Of a DNA stretch of 64,000 nucleotides, positions 9,742 through 19,651 are shown one piece after another. Numbering within the stretch: the first letter of the stretch is position 1; each line of letters starts with the position of its first letter. The notes under the pieces are model-generated. The model had not been told where the DNA came from. It saw nothing but the letters and a program-made list of their open reading frames with translations, and ran no database searches. Position numbers and translations under genes: made by a program. Source of the stretch: Acidobacteriota bacterium (GTDB lineage Bacteria > Acidobacteriota > UBA6911 > RPQK01 > JAJDTT01); assembly GCA_965217775.1 (NCBI GenBank), contig CBDCJH010000002.1:1312001-1376000 (forward strand). Direction: 5' to 3'.

Positions 9742-10923
9742 ATGCAGATCACGAAAGTCGATTCCTACATCGTGGAGAATCCTTGGAACCCCTGGTTCTT
9801 TGTGCGGGTGGAGACGGATACGGGAGTCGTGGGCGTCGGCGAGGGGATCGGGTACCACTGGTCCCTGGCCGCTCAAGCCTATCTGCGCCAGAACGGGGAG
9901 CATCTCTTCCTGGGCCGGGACCCCCACGACATCGAGCAGATGGTCCTGGACACCCGTCAGATGCTGGGGATCGATCGGGGCCTGGGAATGGTGGAGAGAA
10001 GCGTTCTCTCGGCCGTGGAGCAGGCCTGCTGGGACATTCTGGGCAAACACTACGGAGTCCCGGTCTACAAATTGCTGGGCGGCAAGGTACGGGACCGGAT
10101 CCGCGTATACGCCAATGGCTGGTACAACGATTTCGACGTCCGGGACATCCGCCAATGGGCCGCCAAGGCCAGAAGGCTGGTGGACCAAGGCTACACGGCG
10201 CTCAAGTTCGACCCCTTCGGAGCCGCCTACCGGCGTCTCGAACCCTCCGAGTTCCGCCTGGCCGTGGAAATCGTCGCCGCCCTCCGCGAGGCTACGGGGC
10301 CCGACACGGGCCTGATCGTGGAGGCGCACGCCCGTTTTCATCCCGAAGCCGCGATTCAGTTCGGCAAGGCCATGGAACCGTACGACCTGCTCTGGTACGA
10401 GGCGCCGACTCTCGGGTACCTGGGGCCCGCATCCCTCAAGGAAGTGGCGTCCCGGGTCAATATTCCCATCGGGACCGACGTGGCCGGAATCTCCGATCTG
10501 GTCCAGGCCAGCCAGTATCTGCCCGACCGGGCGGCAGGCGTCTACCAGCCCGACGTGGGCTATTCCTGCGGGATCCTGGAGGTGAAGAAGATGGCGGCCT
10601 TGGCCGACGCCCTGGGCGTGTTCTTCGCTCCCCACCAGTCCCTGGGGCCCATCTGCATGGCGGCTTCGATCCAGGTCAGCTTCACCGCACCCGCCTTCCT
10701 GATCCAGGAGGCGTTCGCCGAGTTCGCCTATCCCTCCTGGACGCGGGACCTGGTCACGGGATCGGCGCCGATCCGGAACGGATACATCGAATTGCCGGAA
10801 AAGCCGGGTCTGGGCGTGGAACTGGACGTCTCGGTGGCCCGCCAACATCCCCTCAAGGGAGACCGGGTAATCGATCTCCTGGCCGAAGGCTGGGAGGGGC
10901 GGTCGGATGTCCTGAAGGAATAA
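9742..10923 (+). CDS. Mandelate racemase/galactonate dehydratase family enolase-superfamily enzyme
   Basis: ETDTGVVGVGE, WDILGK, PVYKLLGG, YANGW, KFDPF, PGLGVELD. GAGGAGG lies upstream. Confidence 0.88.
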   Translation: MQITKVDSYIVENPWNPWFFVRVETDTGVVGVGEGIGYHWSLAAQAYLRQNGEHLFLGRDPHDIEQMVLDTRQMLGIDRGLGMVERSVLSAVEQACWDILGKHYGVPVYKLLGGKVRDRIRVYANGWYNDFDVRDIRQWAAKARRLVDQGYTALKFDPFGAAYRRLEPSEFRLAVEIVAALREATGPDTGLIVEAHARFHPEAAIQFGKAMEPYDLLWYEAPTLGYLGPASLKEVASRVNIPIGTDVAGISDLVQASQYLPDRAAGVYQPDVGYSCGILEVKKMAALADALGVFFAPHQSLGPICMAASIQVSFTAPAFLIQEAFAEFAYPSWTRDLVTGSAPIRNGYIELPEKPGLGVELDVSVARQHPLKGDRVIDLLAEGWEGRSDVLKE

Positions 10924-10980
10924 CTCCTGGACGATAGGACGGACAGCGGCGGATCAGAACTCGTTGTGGTCGCTCCAAAG

Positions 10981-11028
10981 AATATCTAATGTCTAGAAAT
11001 AGAATCTATTATGTAATATTATAGAATT
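10981..11028 (+). promoter_or_regulatory. AT-rich vapBC promoter with candidate palindromic operator
   Basis: Abrupt AT-rich stretch with an imperfect inverted repeat TCTATTATGTAATATTATAGA (11005-11025) just upstream of the antitoxin ATG. Confidence 0.55.
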
Positions 11029-11232
11029 ATGAAGACGACAGTAGATATTCCTAGAAGGGAATTGGAGGATGCTATCAGGTTCACCAACGCGAAGACCAAG
11101 CGGGAGGCCATCGTCGGTGCCATCGCAGATTTCAATCGGCGCATGCGCATGGCAGAGCTCACTCGGTTTTCGGGAACCTGCACTGAATTGATCACCCCAG
11201 AAGAACTTCAGGCCATTCGTCGCAAGGAGTAA
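11029..11232 (+). CDS. vapB: VapB-type antitoxin
   Basis: MKTTVDIP...TKREAI pattern, 67 aa, directly upstream of a PIN protein. Confidence 0.8.
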   Translation: MKTTVDIPRRELEDAIRFTNAKTKREAIVGAIADFNRRMRMAELTRFSGTCTELITPEELQAIRRKE

Positions 11233-11236
11233 CCCG

Positions 11237-11620
11237 TTGATCCTTGTCGATACGTCGTCTTGGATTCACATGCTGCGTCGAAACGGCGATCCAGCAGTTC
11301 GCGTCCGTGTCGAAGTAGCCCTGAGGACAGGCCAAGCGTGCTGGTGTCCGTTGGTCCAACTGGAACTCTGGAACGGCGCGAGGGGCCAGCAGGAACGGAA
11401 GGCTCTGCGGGAAATCGCCCGGGTGCTACCAGAACTTCGCATTGACGATGAGGTCTGGCGGATTGCGCATGATTTGGCGCGTCGAGCCAGAGCTCATGGC
11501 ATTACCGCGTCTGCAACGGACTTGATCGTGGCTGCCTGCGCCCGCCGTTACGGTGTTTTTCTCGAAACCGCCGATTCAGATTTCGAACATTTGGCGTCCG
11601 TAATCGGACCAATCGGATAG
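11237..11620 (+). CDS. vapC: VapC PIN-domain toxin
   Basis: ILVDTSSWI, EL, TDLIVAA and TADSDF carry the PIN acidic residues. Confidence 0.88.
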   Translation: MILVDTSSWIHMLRRNGDPAVRVRVEVALRTGQACWCPLVQLELWNGARGQQERKALREIARVLPELRIDDEVWRIAHDLARRARAHGITASATDLIVAACARRYGVFLETADSDFEHLASVIGPIG

Positions 11621-11698
11621 GCTGCTCTTGCCAACTGTTCAGTGCTCCGGCAAGGCAGAACCGCCAGACTCGGTGTTCGACCGGCAGGGAGGATCGGC

Positions 11699-12712
11699 AT
11701 GAGCAAGCCATTTCGCACCACGGTGACCGGAAGTTATCCACGCCCGGTCCAGCCCCAGGACACTCTGCGCAAGCCGGAACTCAGCCGGGAGGAGGCCGAC
11801 GAGATCATCCGCTGGGCGGTTCGGGACCAGGTGGACGCGGGACTGGACATCGTGACCGACGGCGAGGGCCGGCGCGAGAACATGTACTACTTCGTCCAGA
11901 AGAGGGTCGACGGCGTCAGCTTCGAAGAGATGACCTACCGGAAGTTCGGGACCGCCGGCTTCGGAATCGAATTGGCCCAGGTGGTGGGCCCCCTCACCAA
12001 TCCCAACGTGAGGCTGTCCCACGACTGGCGGGTGGCCCGGGACGCCGCTCCAGCAGGCGTCGAGGTCAAGCTCACCTGCATCGGCCCGCATATGTTGGCC
12101 AAGTTCTCAGACAACCGCCGGCCCGACCTCTACCCGGACGACGCCGCGCTCGCGGCCGGCTACGCTCGGATCCTGAACCAGGAATTTCGGGAGGCGGTCC
12201 GCGCCGGTTGCGAGTTCATCCAATTCGACGAACCGGCGTGGACCGCATTTCCTGAAGACGCGGTCTGGGCGGCCGAGACGCTGAAACTGGCAACCGAGGG
12301 CCTCGGCATTCGTTTCGGTCTCCATGTCTGCGGAGGAAATGCCTACCGAAAACGAGTCTATTTCGCCCGCTACACCGACATGGCCGAGGCCTTTCGCGCC
12401 GCTCCGGTCGACCAGATCTCCCTGGAACACTGCACCCTGGAATACGACATGATGCCTCTCTGGGAGGAACTGGACTACCGGGGAGAGTTTGCCGTGGGAG
12501 TCCTGGATCAACGCAGCGACGAAATCGAGCCGCCGGATCTGATCGTCGAAAGGACGCGGCCGGCCCTGGAGCATTTTCCTCCCGAACGCCTCCTGCTGAC
12601 GTCCGAATGCGGCTTTCAGCACGTCCCCCTGGAGATCACCCGCAACAAGCTGAGGACCCTGGTGGCGGGCGCCGAACAGGCGCGAAGGGCCCTGGTCCGT
12701 CCATCCGGCTGA
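11699..12712 (+). CDS. Cobalamin-independent methionine synthase II (MetE C-terminal-like) family protein
   Basis: TVTGSYPRP, GLDIVTDGE, IQFDEP, HVC and SECG Zn ligands. Confidence 0.85.
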   Translation: MSKPFRTTVTGSYPRPVQPQDTLRKPELSREEADEIIRWAVRDQVDAGLDIVTDGEGRRENMYYFVQKRVDGVSFEEMTYRKFGTAGFGIELAQVVGPLTNPNVRLSHDWRVARDAAPAGVEVKLTCIGPHMLAKFSDNRRPDLYPDDAALAAGYARILNQEFREAVRAGCEFIQFDEPAWTAFPEDAVWAAETLKLATEGLGIRFGLHVCGGNAYRKRVYFARYTDMAEAFRAAPVDQISLEHCTLEYDMMPLWEELDYRGEFAVGVLDQRSDEIEPPDLIVERTRPALEHFPPERLLLTSECGFQHVPLEITRNKLRTLVAGAEQARRALVRPSG

Positions 12713-12727
12713 GGAAACGAGGAATCC

Positions 12728-14659
12728 GTGGGCACCGTCTTCACACCACTCGACGCGGGCGTCTTCTTCGCTGCCTTGGCGCTGGTGATGGCCATCGGCC
12801 TGCTGGCGTCGCGGCGCGAGAAGACGGCGGAGGCCTATTTTCTGGCGGGCCGTGACATCCCCTGGTGGGGCGTGGCCGGTTCCATCTACGGCAGCAACGT
12901 CAGCGCCAATCACATGATCGGGATGATGGGCATCGGCTTCAGCGTCGGTTTCGCCCAGAGCCACTTCGAGTTGGGAGCCATCGCCGGCCTCATGCTCCTT
13001 TGCTACGGGTTCCTCCCGGTCTATCGCAAGTTGAGGGTCTACACCCTCTCCGAATATCTGGAGCGCCGCTACGATCAGCGCAGCCGCGCCGCCTACGCCG
13101 TCATCCTGGTCATCACCATGGCCGTGGTCCAACTGGTTCCGGCCCTCTACATCGGCGCCCGTTCCAGTTGCGTGCTCATGGGCGGAGCCGCGCTCGAGGA
13201 GATCGTTTCGGAATCGATTCCAGGAGAGACAGCCGATGTGGAGCCGGGATCCGGCATCGCGCCGGAGACGCCGGCCAAGTCGAAGCTGGGCGTGAATCGG
13301 TTCCACTACAGCGTCTTCGTTCTGATCCTGGCCGCCATCGCCACCAGCTACACCATTTTCGGCGGACTCAAGGCGGTGATCTGGACGGACGTGATCCAGT
13401 CGGTCCTGCTGCTGATGGGCGGCATCCTCCTGGCGGTACTCACCTTTGACCGGTTGGGAGGTTGGAGTGCCCTGATGGAGCTGGATCGGGCGGGGTCCGG
13501 CAAGATGCACCTCTATCTGCCAAGTGACCATCCGGACCTCCCCTGGACCGGGGTCCTGACCGGTCTGATGGCGCTGCACATCTTCTATTGGGGAACGAAC
13601 CAGTTCATCGTCCAGCGTGCACTGAGCGCCCGGAGCGACTCGCAGGCGCGTCTGGGAATCGTAGCGGCCGGGTTCCTCAAATTGCTGATCCCGTTCTTTT
13701 CCATCGCCAGCGGAGTGGCCGCCTTCTATCTCTTCCAGTCCGAGCTGCCGGATCGTTCCGTGGCGCCCGACACCGCCTTCACCGAGCTGATCGTTCTGGT
13801 GATCCGGCCCCTCGGATTCGGACTCATCGGCGTGATCTCGGCCGGCGCCGTGGGAGCCATCCTGTCCTCCATCGATTCCATGATGAACTCGGCCGCCACC
13901 ATCGTCAGCATGGACCTCTACCGCCGGTACCTCAATCCTCAGGCCAGCGACGCCCAGCTGATCCGGGTGGGACGATGGTCCATCCTGGGGTTTGTCTCGC
14001 TCGCCAGCCTGTTCGCTCTTTTCGTCATCGATCCCAACTCGGAGAAGAATTTCTTTCTACAGATCGTCGACTACCAGGGTTATCTGACGCCCGGGCTCCT
14101 GGTGGTCTTCCTGCTGGGACTGTTCTGGCGGGGGACGACGCCCACGGCGGCCATTGTCACCATCGTCCTTGGCGTCTTCTATTCCTGGGCCGTGGAGTGG
14201 ATCTACCTGGCGCACTTGGGCCCGTTACCCGCGATGGCGTCGTTGACCGGCGAGGTGCTCAACTTTTTTCACCGGGTCGTCGTGGTCGTGGTGCTGTGCA
14301 CGTTGACGGCCGTCGTAGTGAGCCGCTGGGGCAGTTGCCCCGAGGAAAAGGCGAAGCTGACGTGGGCCGGCGTGCTCGCCGTTTCACCGGAGGCGGTCAG
14401 AAATCTGCTGTCGGGCCTCGTGGTCTGGCTCGGATTGCTGGTGGCGCTGGCGGCGGCCGTGGCCGGAGGCCGTCTGACCCCGGCGTCCGCGGCCCTTCTT
14501 GCTTCGGTCTTGACCCTGGGAATGTTCTGGATGCTGCTGAGGCGCCGCGCCCGGAGCCGGGGGCCGGTGAATCTCGTGTCCTGGGTCGTTCGGGAAGACC
14601 GATTCTGGGCCGGATGCCTCTGTGCGGGCGCCGTCTTCTTTCTCTTCTATTTCTATTGA
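12728..14659 (+). CDS. Sodium:solute symporter (SGLT-like)
   Basis: YFLAGR, YTLSEYLERRY, GGLKAVIWTD, YWGTNQFIVQRAL, LSSIDSMMNS; many transmembrane segments. Confidence 0.92.
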   Translation: MGTVFTPLDAGVFFAALALVMAIGLLASRREKTAEAYFLAGRDIPWWGVAGSIYGSNVSANHMIGMMGIGFSVGFAQSHFELGAIAGLMLLCYGFLPVYRKLRVYTLSEYLERRYDQRSRAAYAVILVITMAVVQLVPALYIGARSSCVLMGGAALEEIVSESIPGETADVEPGSGIAPETPAKSKLGVNRFHYSVFVLILAAIATSYTIFGGLKAVIWTDVIQSVLLLMGGILLAVLTFDRLGGWSALMELDRAGSGKMHLYLPSDHPDLPWTGVLTGLMALHIFYWGTNQFIVQRALSARSDSQARLGIVAAGFLKLLIPFFSIASGVAAFYLFQSELPDRSVAPDTAFTELIVLVIRPLGFGLIGVISAGAVGAILSSIDSMMNSAATIVSMDLYRRYLNPQASDAQLIRVGRWSILGFVSLASLFALFVIDPNSEKNFFLQIVDYQGYLTPGLLVVFLLGLFWRGTTPTAAIVTIVLGVFYSWAVEWIYLAHLGPLPAMASLTGEVLNFFHRVVVVVVLCTLTAVVVSRWGSCPEEKAKLTWAGVLAVSPEAVRNLLSGLVVWLGLLVALAAAVAGGRLTPASAALLASVLTLGMFWMLLRRRARSRGPVNLVSWVVREDRFWAGCLCAGAVFFLFYFY

Positions 14660-14726
14660 TCCGGACTCCGGAACCTTGCGGGAGGACCAACCGCAGTTTC
14701 CTTTCGCTCCGGGAATTCTCTCTCGC

Positions 14727-15569
14727 TCAGGAAGGGTTCCGCGCCCCTTCGGTCTGTTTCCGGACGGCTCGCCGGACGCCGGCACGGAGCAGCGACGGAA
14801 ACAGGAGCTTGACCAACGGCAGGAACCCCATGGCTTTGGGGATGTAGAGGTTTCCCCCTGGTCCGGATAACGAGTTGATGATCAGTCGGGAGCACTCTCG
14901 GACGCTCACCCCTCGCTGGCGGCGGGACCGATGTGCGGCGGACCCCAAAGGCGTCCCGTCTGCGGACAGGGCGCGAGCTCGGATACCGGTGCTCCGAATC
15001 CATCCCGGCATCACGTTCAAAATCCGGACTTCGCCGTGCAACTCGGCCCGCAACGTCTCCAGGAGACCGTCCAGGGCGTGCTTGCTGGCGGTGTACCCGC
15101 TGTGAAACGGAACGCCGACCCGGCCCTGGACGGAGGAGATGGCCACGATCATGCCATGGTGCTCTTTCAAGGATGCCAGGGCAGGATGGATGCAGTGGAC
15201 AGCTCCCAGGTAGTTCACTTCCATGAGCGTCCTGAAGATGTCGGTGTTTCGAACCTGGTCGAAGAGCGTCCACATGCTCACGCCGGCGCTGAGGATGAGA
15301 TAGTCGAGAGTTCCGAACTCCGCGGTCACCGCCGATACCATTTCGCGGCACTGCCGGGCGTCGGTCACGTCGGTGGGAACAACGAGGCAGTCGGCTCCGA
15401 TTCGCCGGACGCCCCCGGCCGTTTCCTGAAGCGGCTGCTCCGAGCGGGAAGCCAATCCCAGGTTCAAGCCCTGGGCGGCCAGATCAAGAGCCAGTCTCTT
15501 CCCCAGCCCTGACGAAGCGCCGGTGATGAGGGCCGTCTTGCCCTGGAGTTTGAAGTTCCCTTTGCGCAT
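14727..15569 (-). CDS. SDR oxidoreductase, DHRS7B-like
   Basis: ITGASSGLG, VNYLG, ISSVQG and YTASKHAL (YxxxK). Confidence 0.88.
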   Translation of the reverse strand: MRKGNFKLQGKTALITGASSGLGKRLALDLAAQGLNLGLASRSEQPLQETAGGVRRIGADCLVVPTDVTDARQCREMVSAVTAEFGTLDYLILSAGVSMWTLFDQVRNTDIFRTLMEVNYLGAVHCIHPALASLKEHHGMIVAISSVQGRVGVPFHSGYTASKHALDGLLETLRAELHGEVRILNVMPGWIRSTGIRARALSADGTPLGSAAHRSRRQRGVSVRECSRLIINSLSGPGGNLYIPKAMGFLPLVKLLFPSLLRAGVRRAVRKQTEGARNPS

Positions 15570-15616
15570 GGATCAGGTCGTGAGGGTGCTCGTCCCGGCG
15601 GCGCGGCGGTTGCCGC

Positions 15617-17443
15617 TCAATCACCCAGGACGTTGTTTCGAATTCCGAAGATATTGTTTGGATCGGTGGCCCGCTTGATCTCTTTCAGGAGCCGGATACC
15701 TCGGGAAGAGAGGGCGTATTTCATGAAATCACTACGGAGTTTTCCGACTCCGTGGTGGTGGGAAATGGACCCTCCCGCGTCGATGATGGCTTGGCGCAGT
15801 GAGTGCTCGATCTGGCTGAAGACGGTTTCCGGATCCTCCACCCCCTTGGCGTAGAAGCCGAACATGAAGTAAATGCAGACTCCCGTGTGGTAGACCTGAG
15901 TGATTCGATAAGAGACGTAGGGCCGTCCCGGCAGGTCCAGTTCCTGGTGTCGGGCCTGAGCTTGGGCCACGACGGCGTCGCAAACCTGGTGGATGCGATC
16001 CCAGGGGACCGAGGTCTCGAAGGTCTCTCCCAGAATGTGGAAGTCCGAAAGAAAGTCCCGGATATAGGCGATGGCGAAGGTGAGCCGGTAGCCGCGGCGC
16101 CCGTTTTCGGATCCGCCGGGCAGGCCTCCGTACTTCTTGGCCAGTTTGTAGAGGCCGTTTTCCTGAAAGGAGACCTCTTCGTGGGAGCCTTCCATGAGGA
16201 TGGTGGCGGCGGACATCCGATGGGGGTCGAATTTCTTGACCTTGAGCACTAAGAACTTCTTCAGCTTGTTCATCAAAGCCGCCGATCCGGTGGCCCTCGG
16301 CTTGAGCGCTTGGCCAAAACGGAATTGGACGTTGTCCACCAGACGGATGCTGGCGGGAACGAAACCGGTTTCAGCCAAGCTCCGAAGGAAGGAAACACCC
16401 TTCGTGAAGTCGGGAAAGACGAGGGAGCCATACTCGCGGACCTGGGGCCGCGGATGGATCTTGATGACGGCGCTGGTGATGAGGCCCAGGTTGCCTTCGC
16501 TGCCGAAGAATAGGCTCTGCGGCTGCATCCCCATGGAAACCCGGGGGGAGGCCGTCAGATGCTCCACCCGGCCGGTGGGCGTGATCAGCGTCACTTTTTC
16601 GACGATATCCTCGATATTTCCGTATCGATTCTTCTTCATTCCGCTGGCATTGGTGGCGATCCATCCTCCGAGAGTCGAGAGCTCGATGCTGTCGGGCTCG
16701 TGACCGGAGACGAAACCGGCCTCCCCGAGCCGGCGTTCCAGCTCGTCCCCCGTGATGCCCGCCTGGACCAGGGCCCGCTGGTTCTCGCGATCGATCCATT
16801 CGACGCGATTCATCCGCCTCATGTCCACCGAAACGATCATGCGCTTTTCCGAGGCAGGAAGTTTCAAGGCGCAACTGACGCTGGTGCCGCCACCGAATGG
16901 AACGAGGCAGACGTCCATGGTCCGGGCCAGTGCCACCAGCATCGCGCAGTCCTTCTCCGCTTCGGGGTAGATGACCATGTCGGCGACGCGTTCGAGCTGG
17001 GAGTAAACGACCCGGAAGACTTCGTCGGCGCTGGTCTGGCCGTGGCTGTGGACCAGTCTTTCGTGATCGTCGAAGGTGTATTGGCCGGGACGGTAGAAGT
17101 TGGCCAGACGACGGCAGAACCTGCGGTTCTTTTGGGGGGCGGGAACCGGTTTGGGATCGACCTCGCGGCGTTTTTCCTTGAAATCGGGATCGAGTCCCAG
17201 GACTTCTCTCACGTAGGGGAGGAAGTCGTGCATCTTGTAGCCGCACAGTTCGTAGCGATTACCGGTGAGGGTCACGGAGTCGTCGTCGTTGAGCACGAAT
17301 CGGGTGTCGGCGAATCCCCAACGGTGTCCCCATGTCGGTTCATTGGTCCGGCTGGCCATCGCTATTTTCCGATCCACTCCGCTTGCCAGATCATCCGCCG
17401 AAGGACGCCACCCGATCGGGGGCGCCGATTCCGGCGTTGCCAA
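15617..17443 (-). CDS. FAD-linked oxidase, alkyl-dihydroxyacetonephosphate synthase (AGPS)-like; start may instead be ATG about 17359
   Basis: PFGGGTSV, GHEPDSIELSTLGGW, SGMKKNRYGNIED, GSEGNLG, PASIRLVDN, ETFETSVPW, CIYF, GGSISHHHGVGKLR. Confidence 0.85.
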   Translation of the reverse strand: MATPESAPPIGWRPSADDLASGVDRKIAMASRTNEPTWGHRWGFADTRFVLNDDDSVTLTGNRYELCGYKMHDFLPYVREVLGLDPDFKEKRREVDPKPVPAPQKNRRFCRRLANFYRPGQYTFDDHERLVHSHGQTSADEVFRVVYSQLERVADMVIYPEAEKDCAMLVALARTMDVCLVPFGGGTSVSCALKLPASEKRMIVSVDMRRMNRVEWIDRENQRALVQAGITGDELERRLGEAGFVSGHEPDSIELSTLGGWIATNASGMKKNRYGNIEDIVEKVTLITPTGRVEHLTASPRVSMGMQPQSLFFGSEGNLGLITSAVIKIHPRPQVREYGSLVFPDFTKGVSFLRSLAETGFVPASIRLVDNVQFRFGQALKPRATGSAALMNKLKKFLVLKVKKFDPHRMSAATILMEGSHEEVSFQENGLYKLAKKYGGLPGGSENGRRGYRLTFAIAYIRDFLSDFHILGETFETSVPWDRIHQVCDAVVAQAQARHQELDLPGRPYVSYRITQVYHTGVCIYFMFGFYAKGVEDPETVFSQIEHSLRQAIIDAGGSISHHHGVGKLRSDFMKYALSSRGIRLLKEIKRATDPNNIFGIRNNVLGD

Positions 17444-17572
17444 GTGTGATTGTTCACACTGAGATAGTGATGCGCAACTCCGGGCGAGCGGTTACAGTGG
17501 AGTCGCCTGACCTTCCATGGCGGCAACGCTGCCCCCGCCCGCAATGCCCCAGGGTTCCCCATCGCCATCCGT

Positions 17573-18439
17573 TCAATGGACGAACCGGAACCGGACTTCC
17601 CGGCGGGCGCGCGCCTGCCACCAAGCCTGAAAGTCATCCGGAGGGCGATTCTCCGGGTCGAGTATACGGGCGCGAAGGGTGACTGCAAGCGGATTCCGGT
17701 CGAAGGGGTAGGGGTCGATGACGACTCGGAATTCGCCCGCCGGACGGACTTTGAGTGAGACTCGATCGTTCCAGCTCGTGCGCGGAATCTCGCGGAGGGT
17801 TCGCTCCTTGTCTCCTCCGAAGCAGAGGTGGAGCGAGAGGGCGTCGCAGAGCTGCAGAAAGCGGATATGGGGGTGCAGGTGCCGCGGCTCGACGGCCGGG
17901 GCCCATTCGGGATCGCGCTGGAGGCGTGCCACGAGCTGTTCCTGCAAGACGTGTTGGTCGGCAACGAACTGCTTGGCGTCCATGAGTTCTTCGCCCTCGC
18001 GCGAGGGCCGATCAGCCGGCTTGCCGAAGAGCGGGTGGAGGAATGGGGGCGAGTCCTCGGCTTGGACGCGGGGTGCGTGCAGCCAGTAGGCGTGCAAGCT
18101 GATGAGCAGTGCGACGTAGGGATGGTCGTCCCCGAAACGGTGTACGCCCAGGCGCCAGCGTTGGAGACCGTCGGACTGCCTGAGGCTCGCCAGATCCAAC
18201 GGGAGGCCGTCGGTGGGGTCGATCTGAGGGTCCGCCTCCCATTCCCACCAACCGTTGTCGTGCTCGGCGATGGCCAGGACGGTTTCGGCTCGCAGCCGTT
18301 CGGGATCGGGACAGGGTGCGTATTGGCCGGGGCGGGCGAATTCGTCGTTGCCCCAGTGAGCGGCCAGGTAACCGGCGGCGGCGGCGTGGTCGGGCTGCGA
18401 GATGCACCAGAGTTCGTCACCGACCGTGCGCTTCAGCAT
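17573..18439 (-). CDS. DUF3891-like protein (HD-like)
   Basis: ISQPDHA, AIAEHDNGW, YVALLISLH, LQLCDALSL, PYPF. Confidence 0.75.
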   Translation of the reverse strand: MLKRTVGDELWCISQPDHAAAAGYLAAHWGNDEFARPGQYAPCPDPERLRAETVLAIAEHDNGWWEWEADPQIDPTDGLPLDLASLRQSDGLQRWRLGVHRFGDDHPYVALLISLHAYWLHAPRVQAEDSPPFLHPLFGKPADRPSREGEELMDAKQFVADQHVLQEQLVARLQRDPEWAPAVEPRHLHPHIRFLQLCDALSLHLCFGGDKERTLREIPRTSWNDRVSLKVRPAGEFRVVIDPYPFDRNPLAVTLRARILDPENRPPDDFQAWWQARARREVRFRFVH

Positions 18440-18475
18440 GGTTCCTCCGAACGGGTGACTCTCAACTCTGGGGGA

Positions 18476-18679
18476 TCAGGATTTTGAGAGGCGGCCGGCC
18501 TTCCACAGCAGGAAGGTTGCCGCCGCCAGCAGGAACAGGGTCAACAGCAGCTTCACCTCCCACAGCGCGTAGGTGTAGTAAAAAGAAGCCGACAGCAGGA
18601 GGCCCACCAGTAACAGGAGCCATCCGCTGTATAGGTATTCGCCGCGAAGTTTCCGCCGCTGGTTCTCTCCGGTGTCCAT
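18476..18679 (-). CDS. Small two-TM membrane protein
   Basis: 67-aa ORF with two hydrophobic segments, co-oriented with its neighbours. Confidence 0.5.
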   Translation of the reverse strand: MDTGENQRRKLRGEYLYSGWLLLLVGLLLSASFYYTYALWEVKLLLTLFLLAAATFLLWKAGRLSKS

Positions 18680-18759
18680 GCTTCTGGGAGCGTAGCAGCC
18701 TGAGGCCCAAGTCTCCAACGTTCAGCCGGCGCCGTTGCCGGAACCAGGATGCCTCGGGG

Positions 18760-19650
18760 TCAGGAGCCCGGAAACGGCTGCGGGCTTCTCTTCTCCACAT
18801 AGGAAATGAGAAGGCGATGCCTGAGTGAGGCCAGCGTCCGCTTCATGGATCTTCTGGCGATCGATCTCACGATGGGGGCCACGATCGGTTTGAAGATGAC
18901 GGGATAGCCGCGGCTCAAGGACAGTGATTCGCATTCCACCACGACCCCGCCATCGACCTGCTGGTATCTCCAATAGGAATTGAGGCGCCAAAGGAATCCG
19001 CGATCCAGTCCGGGAATCTTCTCCCGCTCTTGAGGAGTGTGGAGTTTCTCCAACTCGGCGATGCGGGTGGCAATGCTGCGGCTCGAGGCCCGGAGCGGAT
19101 CGTGCCAGCGGTAGCGGACCAGGTGTTCCGTATTGTAGGCGACGGTGACGATCTTCTTGCGGACCAACTTCAGGTAGATGCGCAGAGAGTCCTGGTCCCG
19201 CTCCAAGATCCGGGTCTCCAGCACGTCTTTCTGGGGAGGTATCCTGAGGTCCGGATAGCGCAGGCGATGAATGACCTGTTCCACCCGGACGGAGGGAATC
19301 AGAATCGTCCCCCGCCAGTGGTGGATCATTCCACCGGGGACTTTGATGGCTCGACCCCGGGGATCCTCCGTTTCCATGCGGGCGACCATGACCTGGCCCG
19401 AACGAACCCGTTGCCAAGTCGCTCGTGCTTCGTTCAGCCGCCCGAATTCGTGAATGAAGAACCCTTTCTCGGATGCCAGCTCATTGCCGATTCTATCCTC
19501 GGTGAGTCGAACGTATCGGTCCCAGGCCAGCAGGGTTTCGGGTTTCAGCTCGGCTCCCTGAACCGGTGAGTCCAAACCCAGGACAGAAACCGTGGCCAGG
19601 ATCATGGTTGCCCGTGTCAGTCTGCTCTTGATCGACGGATTCGGCTTCAT
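18760..19650 (-). CDS. Secreted conserved hypothetical protein (START/SRPBCC-like fold suspected), paralog of 23500-24324
   Basis: Signal peptide; VPGGMIHHWRG, YNTEH, STRIAE-like motif, DRGFLWRLNSYWR and ECESLSLSR shared with the paralog. Confidence 0.65.
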   Translation of the reverse strand: MKPNPSIKSRLTRATMILATVSVLGLDSPVQGAELKPETLLAWDRYVRLTEDRIGNELASEKGFFIHEFGRLNEARATWQRVRSGQVMVARMETEDPRGRAIKVPGGMIHHWRGTILIPSVRVEQVIHRLRYPDLRIPPQKDVLETRILERDQDSLRIYLKLVRKKIVTVAYNTEHLVRYRWHDPLRASSRSIATRIAELEKLHTPQEREKIPGLDRGFLWRLNSYWRYQQVDGGVVVECESLSLSRGYPVIFKPIVAPIVRSIARRSMKRTLASLRHRLLISYVEKRSPQPFPGS

Positions 19651-19651
19651 T

